Below, in pieces: positions 51,111 through 59,690 of a DNA stretch of 64,000 nt. The notes below the pieces were generated by a model. It saw only the letters and a program-made list of their open reading frames with translations. It did no database searches and was not told where the DNA came from. Every line of letters starts with the position of its first letter. The stretch's first letter is position 1. Source of the DNA: a virus (taxonomy: Duplodnaviria > Caudoviricetes). The position numbers and the translations under genes were made by a program. The stretch covers positions 64,001-128,000 of the IMG/VR virus record IMGVR_UViG_3300022555_000003. One strand, 5' to 3'.

Positions 51111-51469
51111 TGAAGATTAAAACAAAACACGGTGATGTACTTTTTGAATTTGCTGGTGATACATTAGTTGGCGCTCAATTAGAATATGCATATTTAAATT
51201 ACGCATATTTGCGTGATAAGAACTTACAAGATGCCAACTTTAAAAATGCATATTTATATGGGGTTGATTTTCGAGATGCAAATTTGAGTGGAGCGGATAT
51301 GCGTGGCGCATATTTATGTAAAGCAGATCTGCGTGGCGCCAAACTAGATGGCGTATTAATAAATGATATGACACAAATTAGTTCAGCGACCAAACTTGAT
51401 CCCGAACATCTTACATATCTGTTGCTCAAAGGGATTAAATTTTCGAAATATTCTAAATATGATTATTAG
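51110..51469 (+). CDS. Capped pentapeptide-repeat protein, copy 5
   Basis: MKIKTKHG...[13 protein letters not shown]. Confidence 0.85.
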   Translation: MKIKTKHGDVLFEFAGDTLVGAQLEYAYLNYAYLRDKNLQDANFKNAYLYGVDFRDANLSGADMRGAYLCKADLRGAKLDGVLINDMTQISSATKLDPEHLTYLLLKGIKFSKYSKYDY

Positions 51470-51935
51470 AACATTAAAGAATGTAGTACGGCATACATTA
51501 CCATCTGATACATTTGTTGGTGCAGAGTTAAGTTATCTAAATTTAAATGACGCAGATTTACAAGGTGCAGATTTAAGCAAAGCATACATGTATTATACAA
51601 GGCTAGGTAGTGCAGATTTAAGTTATTCAATTTTATATAGAACAAATTTATATTGTGCTACTTTAATTGGTGCAAATTTATATTGTGCTGATCTACATGA
51701 AGTCAATTTACGTGGAGCAGATCTAAGTGATGTGGATTTACGTGGAGCAAATTTAGAATGTGCCAATTTATGTGGCGTCAATTTGACTGGTGCAGATTTA
51801 CGTGGAGCTAATTTTACAGGTGTAGAAATAAATCGCAACACAACATTTCATGAAACTACTAGATTCGATCCTGAGCTAATCACATATTTGATCCTAAAAG
51901 GATTAACATATTTCCCTTTTGCTGTCAACTGTTAA
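51459..51935 (+). CDS. Capped pentapeptide-repeat protein, copy 6
   Basis: MIIRTLKN...[13 protein letters not shown]; start adjusted. Confidence 0.85.
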   Translation: MIIRTLKNVVRHTLPSDTFVGAELSYLNLNDADLQGADLSKAYMYYTRLGSADLSYSILYRTNLYCATLIGANLYCADLHEVNLRGADLSDVDLRGANLECANLCGVNLTGADLRGANFTGVEINRNTTFHETTRFDPELITYLILKGLTYFPFAVNC

Positions 51936-51979
51936 TTTATAATAATTTTAGTTGACATATAGCTGGTCGAACTGCTATA

Positions 51980-52267
51980 ATGGAAAACAAATTAACAGTT
52001 TCAACAGTACGGGAAGCATTACAATATTATATTGGTGTGTCAAGACTAAAAACTGGTGAAATTATAATCCGCAAAGGATTTTATTATCACCACGGATATG
52101 ACTGCCGTCAACTAGCTGATTTTGTTACCGAGAAGCTGCAAGCTGCTGGAATTAAAGCAGTTATTGTTGATAGGGGAGAGAAATGGAAGCCTTTTAGGGG
52201 CGGTTCAACACTTGCCAACAGTAGCCATTGGTTTGTTATAGTTAAAGCGCTGGTTGACATTTCCTAA
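51980..52267 (+). CDS. Hypothetical protein
   Basis: ORF track; its ATG overlaps the -10 box of TTGACA-18-TATAAT, so start uncertain. Confidence 0.5.
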   Translation: MENKLTVSTVREALQYYIGVSRLKTGEIIIRKGFYYHHGYDCRQLADFVTEKLQAAGIKAVIVDRGEKWKPFRGGSTLANSSHWFVIVKALVDIS

Positions 52268-52290
52268 CCAAACTGCTATACTTAAAGAGT
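52254..52290 (+). promoter_or_regulatory. Early promoter
   Basis: TTGACA-17-TATACT-TAAAGAGTA. Confidence 0.75.
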
Positions 52291-52297
52291 AAACATT

Positions 52298-52522
52298 ATG
52301 ACATTGCGAAAAACAGTAGAAATTAAAAAAGTTGTTGACAAAGCAAACGAGATGTTGAAAAATTCAACATGTTCTCCAGCTGAACGAAACATGCTTTCTT
52401 CGTTTATTGGTTCATTGCTCCATGACATTGACATGTATCAAGGATTTACATATTTGGACATGCCATATAAACCAGGTGTCACAGATGAATCGCGTAGGCA
52501 TTATTTTCTTAGATGCTATTAA
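52298..52522 (+). CDS. Hypothetical protein
   Basis: Follows early promoter. Confidence 0.55.
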   Translation: MTLRKTVEIKKVVDKANEMLKNSTCSPAERNMLSSFIGSLLHDIDMYQGFTYLDMPYKPGVTDESRRHYFLRCY

Positions 52523-52526
52523 GTAT

Positions 52527-52688
52527 TATTTTCAAAGCGCACAAAAAGTTATTGGGAAGGGTGATCTCCAACTCAGTAATAAATGTTCAGGGGTTCGACT
52601 CCCTTGTCAGCGTTACAGCTGAACGGGTCCATGTAGAATTAGTGGCCACTGAGTCTCATACATTGAATTTTGGTGCGCTTTGAAAATA
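52527..52688 (+). ncRNA. Candidate structured RNA with 16-bp closing helix and tRNA T-arm
   Basis: TATTTTCAAAGCGCAC (52527-52542) is the exact reverse complement of 52673-52688; internal AGGGG-TTCGACT-CCCTT. Confidence 0.55.
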
Positions 52689-52690
52689 TT

Positions 52691-52981
52691 ATGAAAATTT
52701 TTACGGATGAAATCGACAGCAGAGCAGAATTGTTTGTTAATGACAATTTTAGCAATCCAACAGACAACGTCAGATTGATTGTCAAAACAGCTATGCTCAT
52801 TGGGGCGTCTATCACAGTAGAATACAATAGCAACTGTTCAAATATTAGTTCAAAAATCTCAGAAATTAGTATTGACGGCAGAAAAAGATGCTATTATGTA
52901 TTAGGTGTTTATTGTCCGTATGATGTAGTTAATGAAGCAATATGTGATTCATGTATTGCTTGTGGACGACTTGGAGATTAA
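52691..52981 (+). CDS. Hypothetical protein with C-terminal Cys cluster
   Basis: C...YCP...CDSCIAC; start uncertain. Confidence 0.45.
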   Translation: MKIFTDEIDSRAELFVNDNFSNPTDNVRLIVKTAMLIGASITVEYNSNCSNISSKISEISIDGRKRCYYVLGVYCPYDVVNEAICDSCIACGRLGD

Positions 52982-52985
52982 AAAT

Positions 52986-54002
52986 ATGAGCGACATAACA
53001 CGAAAATTAGCGACAGTTAGAAAAATTTCAAATATTACTGCAATCCCAGACGCAGACAACATTGTCTGCGCTCAGGTTGATGGATGGAAGGTTGTTGTCC
53101 TAAAGGATCAATTTAGGATTGGCGAGTATGCAGTGTACTTTGAAATTGATTCTTGGATTCCAAAAGACATTGCTCCGTTCCTAACTAAGCCTGGACAACC
53201 TGCCAAAGAATATGAAGGCGTTGTTGGTAATCGGCTTAAGACTATTCGATTGAGAAATCAATTATCTCAAGGACTGTTGATGCCGTTATCTGTTCTACCT
53301 TCAGACGTTAATTATGAACTTGGTTCAGATGTCACAGACTTGTTAGGCATTCTCAAATATGAAGCTCCTGTACCGAACGAAATCGCAGCTCAAGTAAAAG
53401 GTCACTTTCCAAATTTCATTGGCAAAACTGATCAAGAACGTTGCCAAAATTTAACGAACGAAATTGAACAATGGTCATCGGATCCAACAATGACATGGGA
53501 AGTAACAGAAAAGATCGATGGAAAATCTATCACATTTTTTCAAAGAAATGGTGAGGTTAGTTACTGTGGACGGAACTACGAGTTCAAAGATGTAACAACT
53601 CATTCTATTTCTAATGTTAATATTGAAACAATGTTTGCTGATAAAAGTCTGAACATTGCAATTCAAGGCGAAAAAGTTGGACCAGGAATTCAGAACAACA
53701 AGTACAAACTAAACAAGCACTTCTTTTATGTGTTTGATATTTTTGATATCGACAATCAAACGTATTTCACACCAGCAGATCGGCAGAAATATGTTATGGA
53801 CCATAATCTGTTGCATGTTCCAATCTTAAATAAAACTGCTAATTTGAAATCAGTTGATGAACTGTTAGCAGACGCAGACGGCAAATCAATTGTTTGCTCA
53901 ACACTGGACCGTGAAGGAATGGTATTTAAGGCTAACAATGGACGAGGTAATTTTAAGGCAATCTCAAATAAATTTCTTTTGAAATATTCTGACAGAGATT
54001 AA
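52986..54002 (+). CDS. RNA ligase, Rnl2-like DRB0094 family
   Basis: N-terminal RKLATVRKI...AVYFEIDSWIP; motif I TEKIDGKS; QGEKVGPGIQ; FDIF; REGMVFK; FKAISNKFLLK. Confidence 0.9.
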   Translation: MSDITRKLATVRKISNITAIPDADNIVCAQVDGWKVVVLKDQFRIGEYAVYFEIDSWIPKDIAPFLTKPGQPAKEYEGVVGNRLKTIRLRNQLSQGLLMPLSVLPSDVNYELGSDVTDLLGILKYEAPVPNEIAAQVKGHFPNFIGKTDQERCQNLTNEIEQWSSDPTMTWEVTEKIDGKSITFFQRNGEVSYCGRNYEFKDVTTHSISNVNIETMFADKSLNIAIQGEKVGPGIQNNKYKLNKHFFYVFDIFDIDNQTYFTPADRQKYVMDHNLLHVPILNKTANLKSVDELLADADGKSIVCSTLDREGMVFKANNGRGNFKAISNKFLLKYSDRD

Positions 54003-54003
54003 A

Positions 54004-54210
54004 ATGCAAGGTGAAATAATTCCTATTTCAGTAGAAAAACATTTAAACACTTTTTTAGAGCTCGTTGAGTTTGAAACTTGGATGACTAATCACATTGGTC
54101 GTAAACATTATTCATGGGAGAGGATGTATTTTGACTTAATAATTAATGTATGTTATTTCAAAGTTCGTAGTAAGAAAAAACGACTGTGGGTTTTACTTAG
54201 ATGGGGTTAA
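54004..54210 (+). CDS. LxWG-tail miniprotein (basic subtype)
   Basis: TWMTNHIGRKHYSW...VRSKKKRLWVLLRWG. Confidence 0.7.
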   Translation: MQGEIIPISVEKHLNTFLELVEFETWMTNHIGRKHYSWERMYFDLIINVCYFKVRSKKKRLWVLLRWG

Positions 54211-54211
54211 T

Positions 54212-54418
54212 ATGTCCAGGAATATTATCAAAATTAAAATGCTAGATAATACACGATGGTTTGATCAAATGGTTATTATCGATGATTGGATGTCAGAAAA
54301 TATTGGACGGAGAGGATATACCTGGAGGAGAATTGGTAGGGATTTTGTTAACCATGAAATGTCTTATTCAATTCGAAGTAAGAAAAAAGCTACTTGGGTA
54401 TCACTAAAGTGGGGCTAA
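54212..54418 (+). CDS. LxWG-tail miniprotein (basic subtype)
   Basis: DWMSENIGRRGYTW...IRSKKKATWVSLKWG. Confidence 0.7.
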   Translation: MSRNIIKIKMLDNTRWFDQMVIIDDWMSENIGRRGYTWRRIGRDFVNHEMSYSIRSKKKATWVSLKWG

Positions 54419-54676
54419 ATGTCAGTACATATTCCTAATAGACCAAATTTGACATTTGCAGAACATTGTAAACATTTTGACATCACATATAGATTTCTAA
54501 AATATAAAGGAAATACATATCTTATTGTGACAAGTCAAGCAGGTTATATTGACATGTTTTACTATCACAACTACATCATACGTCCATATTTTCCAAATGC
54601 AAAAATTACAAAACATAATAGGTTTCAAACGTCTTTCAAGCTTGGATCAATTTTTGATATTATGAGTCAACTTTAA
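54419..54676 (+). CDS. Hypothetical protein
   Basis: ORF track; abuts previous stop. Confidence 0.5.
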   Translation: MSVHIPNRPNLTFAEHCKHFDITYRFLKYKGNTYLIVTSQAGYIDMFYYHNYIIRPYFPNAKITKHNRFQTSFKLGSIFDIMSQL

Positions 54677-54677
54677 T

Positions 54678-55109
54678 ATGGAAATAAGATCTAGACTTGG
54701 TAAGGTATTATATAAATCAAATTCCATAACATTAGATTATTCAGACTTAAATAATTTAGATTTGCGTGAAGCACAGTTAAGCTATTGTAATTTACGTCTT
54801 ATAAATTTCAGCGGAGCAAACTTGAGTGGTGCTGATTTGTTTGATTCATATTTACATTTATCTAATTTAACTAATGCAGATTTAAGTTATGCAAATTTAT
54901 TTGCAACAGAAGTAATTGAGGTTGATTTTTGTGGAGCAGATTTAAGTTATGCTAATTTGGAGTCTGCAATATTATGTGATTCAGATTTACGTGGAGCAAA
55001 ATTAGACGGTGTCAAAGTAAACGACAGAACTAGAATTAATTCATCTACTAAACTTGATCCAGAACAACTCACATACTTAATACTCGTGGGACTCAAATAT
55101 GGAGATTAG
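54678..55109 (+). CDS. Capped pentapeptide-repeat protein, copy 7
   Basis: MEIRSRLG...LDPEQLTYLILVG. Confidence 0.85.
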   Translation: MEIRSRLGKVLYKSNSITLDYSDLNNLDLREAQLSYCNLRLINFSGANLSGADLFDSYLHLSNLTNADLSYANLFATEVIEVDFCGADLSYANLESAILCDSDLRGAKLDGVKVNDRTRINSSTKLDPEQLTYLILVGLKYGD

Positions 55110-55620
55110 ATCTAAATTAGGAAACGTATTGTGTAATGTTGATAGCTCTATATTAGCTGGAGCGGATTTAAGTCATCACACATTACAAAATGCAGATTTA
55201 CGTGGAGCAAAATTAGACGGTGCAGATCTATCAAACGCTGATTTAAGAAGTGCAACTCTTCGCGAAGCTGATTTTAGTAATGCAGATTTACACCATGCAA
55301 ATCTTCATTATGCAAATTTACACGATTCAAATTTTAGTAATGCCAATTTAAATTTTGCTAATTTACATTCCACAGATATATATGGTGCAAATTTTAGAGG
55401 TGCTGATTTATCCAGAGCTAGATTGGATAATTCAGACATGATGTATTCAGATTTTCGTTTTGCAAATTTAACTGGTACAAATTTGAGAGGAGCAGATCTA
55501 AGAGGAGCAAATTTAGACGATATAAAAATTAATCAAGAAACAGTAATTAATTCAGCTACTAAACTTGATCCAGAAAAGCTAACATATTTTATTTTGTCAG
55601 GTGTCCATTATGGTAATTAA
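55099..55620 (+). CDS. Capped pentapeptide-repeat protein, copy 8
   Basis: MEIRSKLG...LDPEKLTYFILSG. Confidence 0.85.
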   Translation: MEIRSKLGNVLCNVDSSILAGADLSHHTLQNADLRGAKLDGADLSNADLRSATLREADFSNADLHHANLHYANLHDSNFSNANLNFANLHSTDIYGANFRGADLSRARLDNSDMMYSDFRFANLTGTNLRGADLRGANLDDIKINQETVINSATKLDPEKLTYFILSGVHYGN

Positions 55621-56146
55621 ATCATTAACTGGCGAAAACATATACAGCACTCACTTCACTACATTAGTTAATGCAGATTTAAGTCTATTAAATTTAGATT
55701 GGGCAGATTTTCATAACAGAGATTTAAGTGAAGCAGATTTACATGGATCTGATTTACGAAGTTCAAATTTGAGTGGAGCACGTTTTCGTGGTGCCAATTT
55801 ATGCGATACAGATTTGTATAATGCAGATTTGAGTTGTGCAGATCTAAGCGGAGCAAATTTAACTGGTGCAGCTTTACATTATGCAGAGTTGCGCTATGCA
55901 AATTTGTATAATGCAGATTTGAGTTGTGCAGATCTAAGCGGAGCAATTTTATCTGAAGCAATACTATGTAATGCTAATTTATCAAATGTAGATTTATGTA
56001 GTGTGGATTTGAGGTTTGCGAATTTAAAGGGTGCAATCTTAGAGGGAATAAAAATAGATGAATTTACCTGAATTGATTCAACTACGCATATTGAGCCTGA
56101 ACAGTTAACATACCTGTTTCTCAAAGGGCTTAAATATAGAGGCTAA
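55610..56146 (+). pseudogene. Capped pentapeptide-repeat gene, copy 9, with in-frame TGA at 56069-56071
   Basis: After TGA the frame continues IDSTTHIEPEQLTYLFLKGLKYRG*; copy 1 has CGA (Arg) at this position. Confidence 0.75.
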
Positions 56147-56299
56147 GTCGTTTGTTTTCAGTGCTTAACTCGACACAAAACGTCGTATAACGCAGTTTTT
56201 AACTGGAGTTGGGGCTCTTGTACCAGATATGCCCTAAGAATTGCTTAAACGACGTTTTATTTTGGTTGACATTTAACCAACCAAAATGCTATACTTAAA
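56143..56299 (+). repeat. 157-bp hairpin plus promoter cassette, copy 2
   Basis: Near-identical to 28352-28508; TTGACA-18-TATACT. Confidence 0.85.
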
Positions 56300-56304
56300 G
56301 AGTA

Positions 56305-56772
56305 ATGAAAACCTACACAGAAGCTGAAATTAGACACAAACTAGCAACTGATGAGCGTTGGGTACGAAGGGCACTCATTAGATTGTACGAACGCCAAACA
56401 CAATCTGAGCAGAGCGCAGAGTCCACTCAAAATCACAACTGCAAGGGCTTTGCTCCGTGCGACGCTAAATGGTTTTCTCGTTTGGCAGTGTTCGTAACAA
56501 AGTACCCCAAAAAGCAGTTGACTCCAAAACAGTTGGCGTTGGTTTGGCGTCCATTTAAGAACCAGCCCGCCATAACAAAGTATGCTGGTCAGCTTATGAA
56601 GGTGATGGCAGAAGACGCAGCGGTAAAGCCAACAGTAGCCCAAATGAATTCAGCTTGCATTAGGTGTGGTGAAGAGCAGCCCATGTGTAAGTGCGAACGG
56701 AAAGCAATGGATGTTGAACACGAACGGTTGATGGAAGAAAAGGCGTTCATGTCCGAAATGATGTATTCATAA
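56305..56772 (+). CDS. Hypothetical early protein
   Basis: ATG 9 nt after TATACT; QT..EQ....T..HN..GF...DA motif; visibly more GC-rich than flanks. Confidence 0.65.
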   Translation: MKTYTEAEIRHKLATDERWVRRALIRLYERQTQSEQSAESTQNHNCKGFAPCDAKWFSRLAVFVTKYPKKQLTPKQLALVWRPFKNQPAITKYAGQLMKVMAEDAAVKPTVAQMNSACIRCGEEQPMCKCERKAMDVEHERLMEEKAFMSEMMYS

Positions 56773-56775
56773 TTT

Positions 56776-56946
56776 ATGGTCCAACCAATCACAAAAGTTT
56801 CTTTAAATAAAGTTATTTCTGGAGTTATCAAAGATTCGATAAGAACGCATGGTGACATCACGCCACAAACAATGTCATCGTTCTCAAAAAGGTTAACTGG
56901 AGAGATGACTGCTGTATTACGTAGAGCTGGTTTCGAGGTTAATTGA
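56776..56946 (+). CDS. Small hypothetical protein (not in ORF track)
   Basis: MVQPITKVSLNKVISGVIKDSIRTHGDI...FEVN*. Confidence 0.45.
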   Translation: MVQPITKVSLNKVISGVIKDSIRTHGDITPQTMSSFSKRLTGEMTAVLRRAGFEVN

Positions 56947-57131
56947 TGTACGTTAAAACACAATTCGAAAAAGATTCTCTGATTGTTCGATACGAGCACG
57001 AACTTGTTTGGTTGAAAAATAAAATTGAGGAATTGAAATTGAAGCTAGATAAAAAACCATCAACTTCAAAACAAATTAAAGACTTGCAACGTCAAATTCG
57101 CCAAACTGAAGTTTTCATTGCATTCATTTGA
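56946..57131 (+). CDS. Small coiled-coil protein
   Basis: TGATG coupling. Confidence 0.45.
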   Translation: MYVKTQFEKDSLIVRYEHELVWLKNKIEELKLKLDKKPSTSKQIKDLQRQIRQTEVFIAFI

Positions 57132-57162
57132 AAATATAAAAAAGATATGTTATAATAGTATT

Positions 57163-57527
57163 ATGAAATGTTTATTGTTAATGTTGTTTTCTGTAGGAGC
57201 ATTGGCGCAATCGTTTGATATCTCAGACAAGAAGTTATTTTATTATTCGGTTGCAGCTCATGGTACTGGAACATATATCTAGATGCTTGGTCATCTTGGA
57301 ATCAAAATGAGGCCAATCAAACACTCCAAGGTGCAAACGGTAAATTTGATGCAAAAGGTGTTGCTATCAAAAGTGCATTCTTTGCTGGAACAACTGTTGT
57401 TGAGCTATTAATTCTGAAAAAGTATCATCCAAAATGGTTGGTAAAGACTTTTACTGTTGCCAACTTTGCTTTAGGTGGAGAATATACTGCAATAGCTATT
57501 AGTAACAAGTACAGACAAAACAATTAA
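57163..57527 (+). pseudogene. Secreted/membrane protein gene broken by an extra AT in ACATATATCTAG (about 57277)
   Basis: Signal peptide MKCLLLMLFSVGALA-Q; removing 2 nt joins ...GTGTY to LDAWSSWNQNEAN...KGVAIK...SNKYRQNN*. Confidence 0.6.
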
Positions 57528-57529
57528 TA

Positions 57530-57919
57530 ATGCAAATCAAATCCAAATCTGGTAAAATACTACATACATTTGATGATAAGACAGATCTGTATGGAGCAAA
57601 TTTAGATCGATTACATTTGCACAATGCAGATTTACGTGGAGCAGATTTGACTTGGGCAACTTTATGTCACACAAATCTGAATGACGCCGATTTAAGCCAT
57701 TCAAATTTGTGGTGGGCAGATTTGAGTTTTACATTGATGAGTGGTACAAATCTACATGGAGCAAATTTAGATTGTGTAAACATGTATTGTGCGGATCTAC
57801 GTGGAGCAAATTTAGAAAATATAGTACTAAACGAAAATACTAATATTGGTCCATCAACTAAACTTGATCCTGAGCAGCTTACATATTTGATGTTAAGAGG
57901 AATTAGATATGGAGATTAA
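57530..57919 (+). CDS. Capped pentapeptide-repeat protein, copy 10
   Basis: MQIKSKSG...LDPEQLTYLMLRG. Confidence 0.85.
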   Translation: MQIKSKSGKILHTFDDKTDLYGANLDRLHLHNADLRGADLTWATLCHTNLNDADLSHSNLWWADLSFTLMSGTNLHGANLDCVNMYCADLRGANLENIVLNENTNIGPSTKLDPEQLTYLMLRGIRYGD

Positions 57920-58355
57920 AACAAAATTTGGTGCAGTAATATTTATAACATTTAATGATACATTGGTTGGTGAAAATTTATGGGGAGCCGACTTTAGTCA
58001 TGCAGATTTCAATGGTATGAATTTAAGTTATGTAAATTTGTGTGAATCAAATTTATATTCTGTAAATTTCTGTCAAGCAGATTTAAGTGGAGCAGACTTA
58101 CTTGGAGCAAACTTATGTAAATCTGATTTACGTGGAGCTAATTTATTTGGAGCAGATTTATTTTGTACAAATCTAATAGGTGCTAATTTAAGTGGAGCAA
58201 ATTTATGTAATGTTGATTTACGTGGAGTCGATTTACGTGGAGCAAAGTTAGATAATGTTATAATAGATCGATTTACAAGAATTAGCAGTACAACTAAAAT
58301 AAGTAAAAAACAACTTACTTATCTATTATTAATTGGTCTCAAATATGCAAATTAA
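57909..58355 (+). CDS. Capped pentapeptide-repeat protein, copy 11
   Basis: MEIKTKFG...ISKKQLTYLLLIG. Confidence 0.85.
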   Translation: MEIKTKFGAVIFITFNDTLVGENLWGADFSHADFNGMNLSYVNLCESNLYSVNFCQADLSGADLLGANLCKSDLRGANLFGADLFCTNLIGANLSGANLCNVDLRGVDLRGAKLDNVIIDRFTRISSTTKISKKQLTYLLLIGLKYAN

Positions 58356-58695
58356 CACAACAATAAGATCATTAACTGGTGAATTATTGCATGTTGGTCC
58401 CGAACTAATTCTATCCAATTTGGATTTAAGTTATGCTAATTTATATGGTAGACGTTTGAGTTTTACATTGATGAGTGGTACAAATCTACTTGGGGCAGAT
58501 TTATTTGGAGCAAACTTACGTGGTGCAGATTTAAGTGGTGCAGATTTAAGTGGTGCTGATATGCGGCAAGCAGATCTACGTGGAGCAAAGTTAGATAATG
58601 TGAAAATAGATGACGATACAAGAATTAGCAGTACAACTAAAATAAGTAAAAAACAACTTACATATTTACTTTTGTTGGGCCTTAATTATGGGTAG
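58345..58695 (+). CDS. Capped pentapeptide-repeat protein, copy 12
   Basis: MQINTTIRSLTG...ISKKQLTYLLLLG. Confidence 0.85.
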   Translation: MQINTTIRSLTGELLHVGPELILSNLDLSYANLYGRRLSFTLMSGTNLLGADLFGANLRGADLSGADLSGADMRQADLRGAKLDNVKIDDDTRISSTTKISKKQLTYLLLLGLNYG

Positions 58696-58726
58696 CATAA
58701 ATAAAATTGTAGATAGGAAATTAATT

Positions 58727-58798
58727 GCGAGGTTCGTCTAATCAGGACGCCACCCATTCCCGGTGGAAATGGAAGTTGAACGCTTTCACTTCGCTCCA
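58727..58798 (+). tRNA. Non-canonical tRNA with Gly-type acceptor end and atypical loops
   Basis: Acceptor GCGAGGU/ACUUCGC, U73, encoded CCA; D stem GUC/GAC; anticodon stem CCACC/GGUGG, loop CAUUCCC; T stem GGAAG/CUUUC, loop UUGAACG. Confidence 0.75.
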
Positions 58799-58805
58799 AA
58801 CAAAC

Positions 58806-58994
58806 ATGCCTTTATATGAATATCGATGTTCGAAATGTAATAAATTATTAGAATTGTTTAGACCAATGGATAATCACCCAGCGTGCTGTCCAACTTGCTA
58901 TGAACCTAAGGGACTAGTTTTATTACCAAGCAGAAGTTCTTTTAAATTGAAAGGTACCGGTTGGTATCAGACTGATTACGCTGGAAAGAAATGA
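58806..58994 (+). CDS. FmdB-family zinc-ribbon protein
   Basis: MPLYEYRCSKC...CPTC...SSFKLKGTGWYQTDY. Confidence 0.85.
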   Translation: MPLYEYRCSKCNKLLELFRPMDNHPACCPTCYEPKGLVLLPSRSSFKLKGTGWYQTDYAGKK

Positions 58995-59380
58995 GTTTGT
59001 GCTCAATAATTGGCGATTCAATAGCAGTGGGAATAGCTCAGTTTAGACCTGATTGTGTTTCTTTTGCTAAACAAGGTGTAGCATTATATTCAATAAATAA
59101 TCAATTATTTCACGTGAGTAAAAATACAAATACACTTATTATAAGCACAGGAAGTAATGATTCATACCTAACTGTAACAGATGTAGTTAATTTTAGATCA
59201 CAAATTACAGCTAAAGAAGTTATTTGGATTTTACCAATGAAAAAAGCCAATAAGAAGATTATAAAACAAGTATCAAATCAATTTAAAGATTCATTTATAG
59301 ATTTTTCAACAGTAGTAAGTACAGACCGGATTCATCCAACATTTAAAGGATATAAGCGGATAGCTGAGCTAACAAAATGA
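58991..59380 (+). CDS. SGNH/GDSL hydrolase-like protein
   Basis: IIGDSIAVG, STGSND, DRIHP. Confidence 0.75.
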   Translation: MSLCSIIGDSIAVGIAQFRPDCVSFAKQGVALYSINNQLFHVSKNTNTLIISTGSNDSYLTVTDVVNFRSQITAKEVIWILPMKKANKKIIKQVSNQFKDSFIDFSTVVSTDRIHPTFKGYKRIAELTK

Positions 59381-59676
59381 GAGTATTAACAGCAAGAGAA
59401 TTATTAAGCAAGAAACTTGTGTTTGGAGATCCCAAACAAATTGAAGCATTAACTGTATTAAGAGTATTAAATCATCTTAACGAATTAAAGCAAAAATATC
59501 CAAATATTGATTATACTTGTGATGAATGTGATGGTTCGGGTTATTTCTATGATAATGACACAGATGATTGTGATGTCTGTGACGGTAAAGGTCATGTTGA
59601 ATTATTTAATTTGGAATATGTAGATCAATATCAAATTGAAGATCAAATTCAATTTATAATGGAACATTGTAAGTAA
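59377..59676 (+). CDS. Protein with DnaJ-type zinc-finger motifs
   Basis: CDECDGSG...CDVCDGKG. Confidence 0.65.
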   Translation: MRVLTARELLSKKLVFGDPKQIEALTVLRVLNHLNELKQKYPNIDYTCDECDGSGYFYDNDTDDCDVCDGKGHVELFNLEYVDQYQIEDQIQFIMEHCK

Positions 59677-59690
59677 ATTAAGTCCTAAAG

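Noticed and set aside
52549-52612. Canonical tRNA gene around GGTTCGACTCC
   Set aside because: No 5' strand complementary to the sequence after the T-arm, no D or anticodon arm in register and no CCA; kept only as a tRNA-like module
56069-56071. Genome-wide stop-codon reassignment (TGA read as an amino acid)
   Set aside because: TGA and TAG end many genes at their expected C-termini (nrdJ, ligase, fibre genes); this single TGA is best explained by a CGA-to-TGA change
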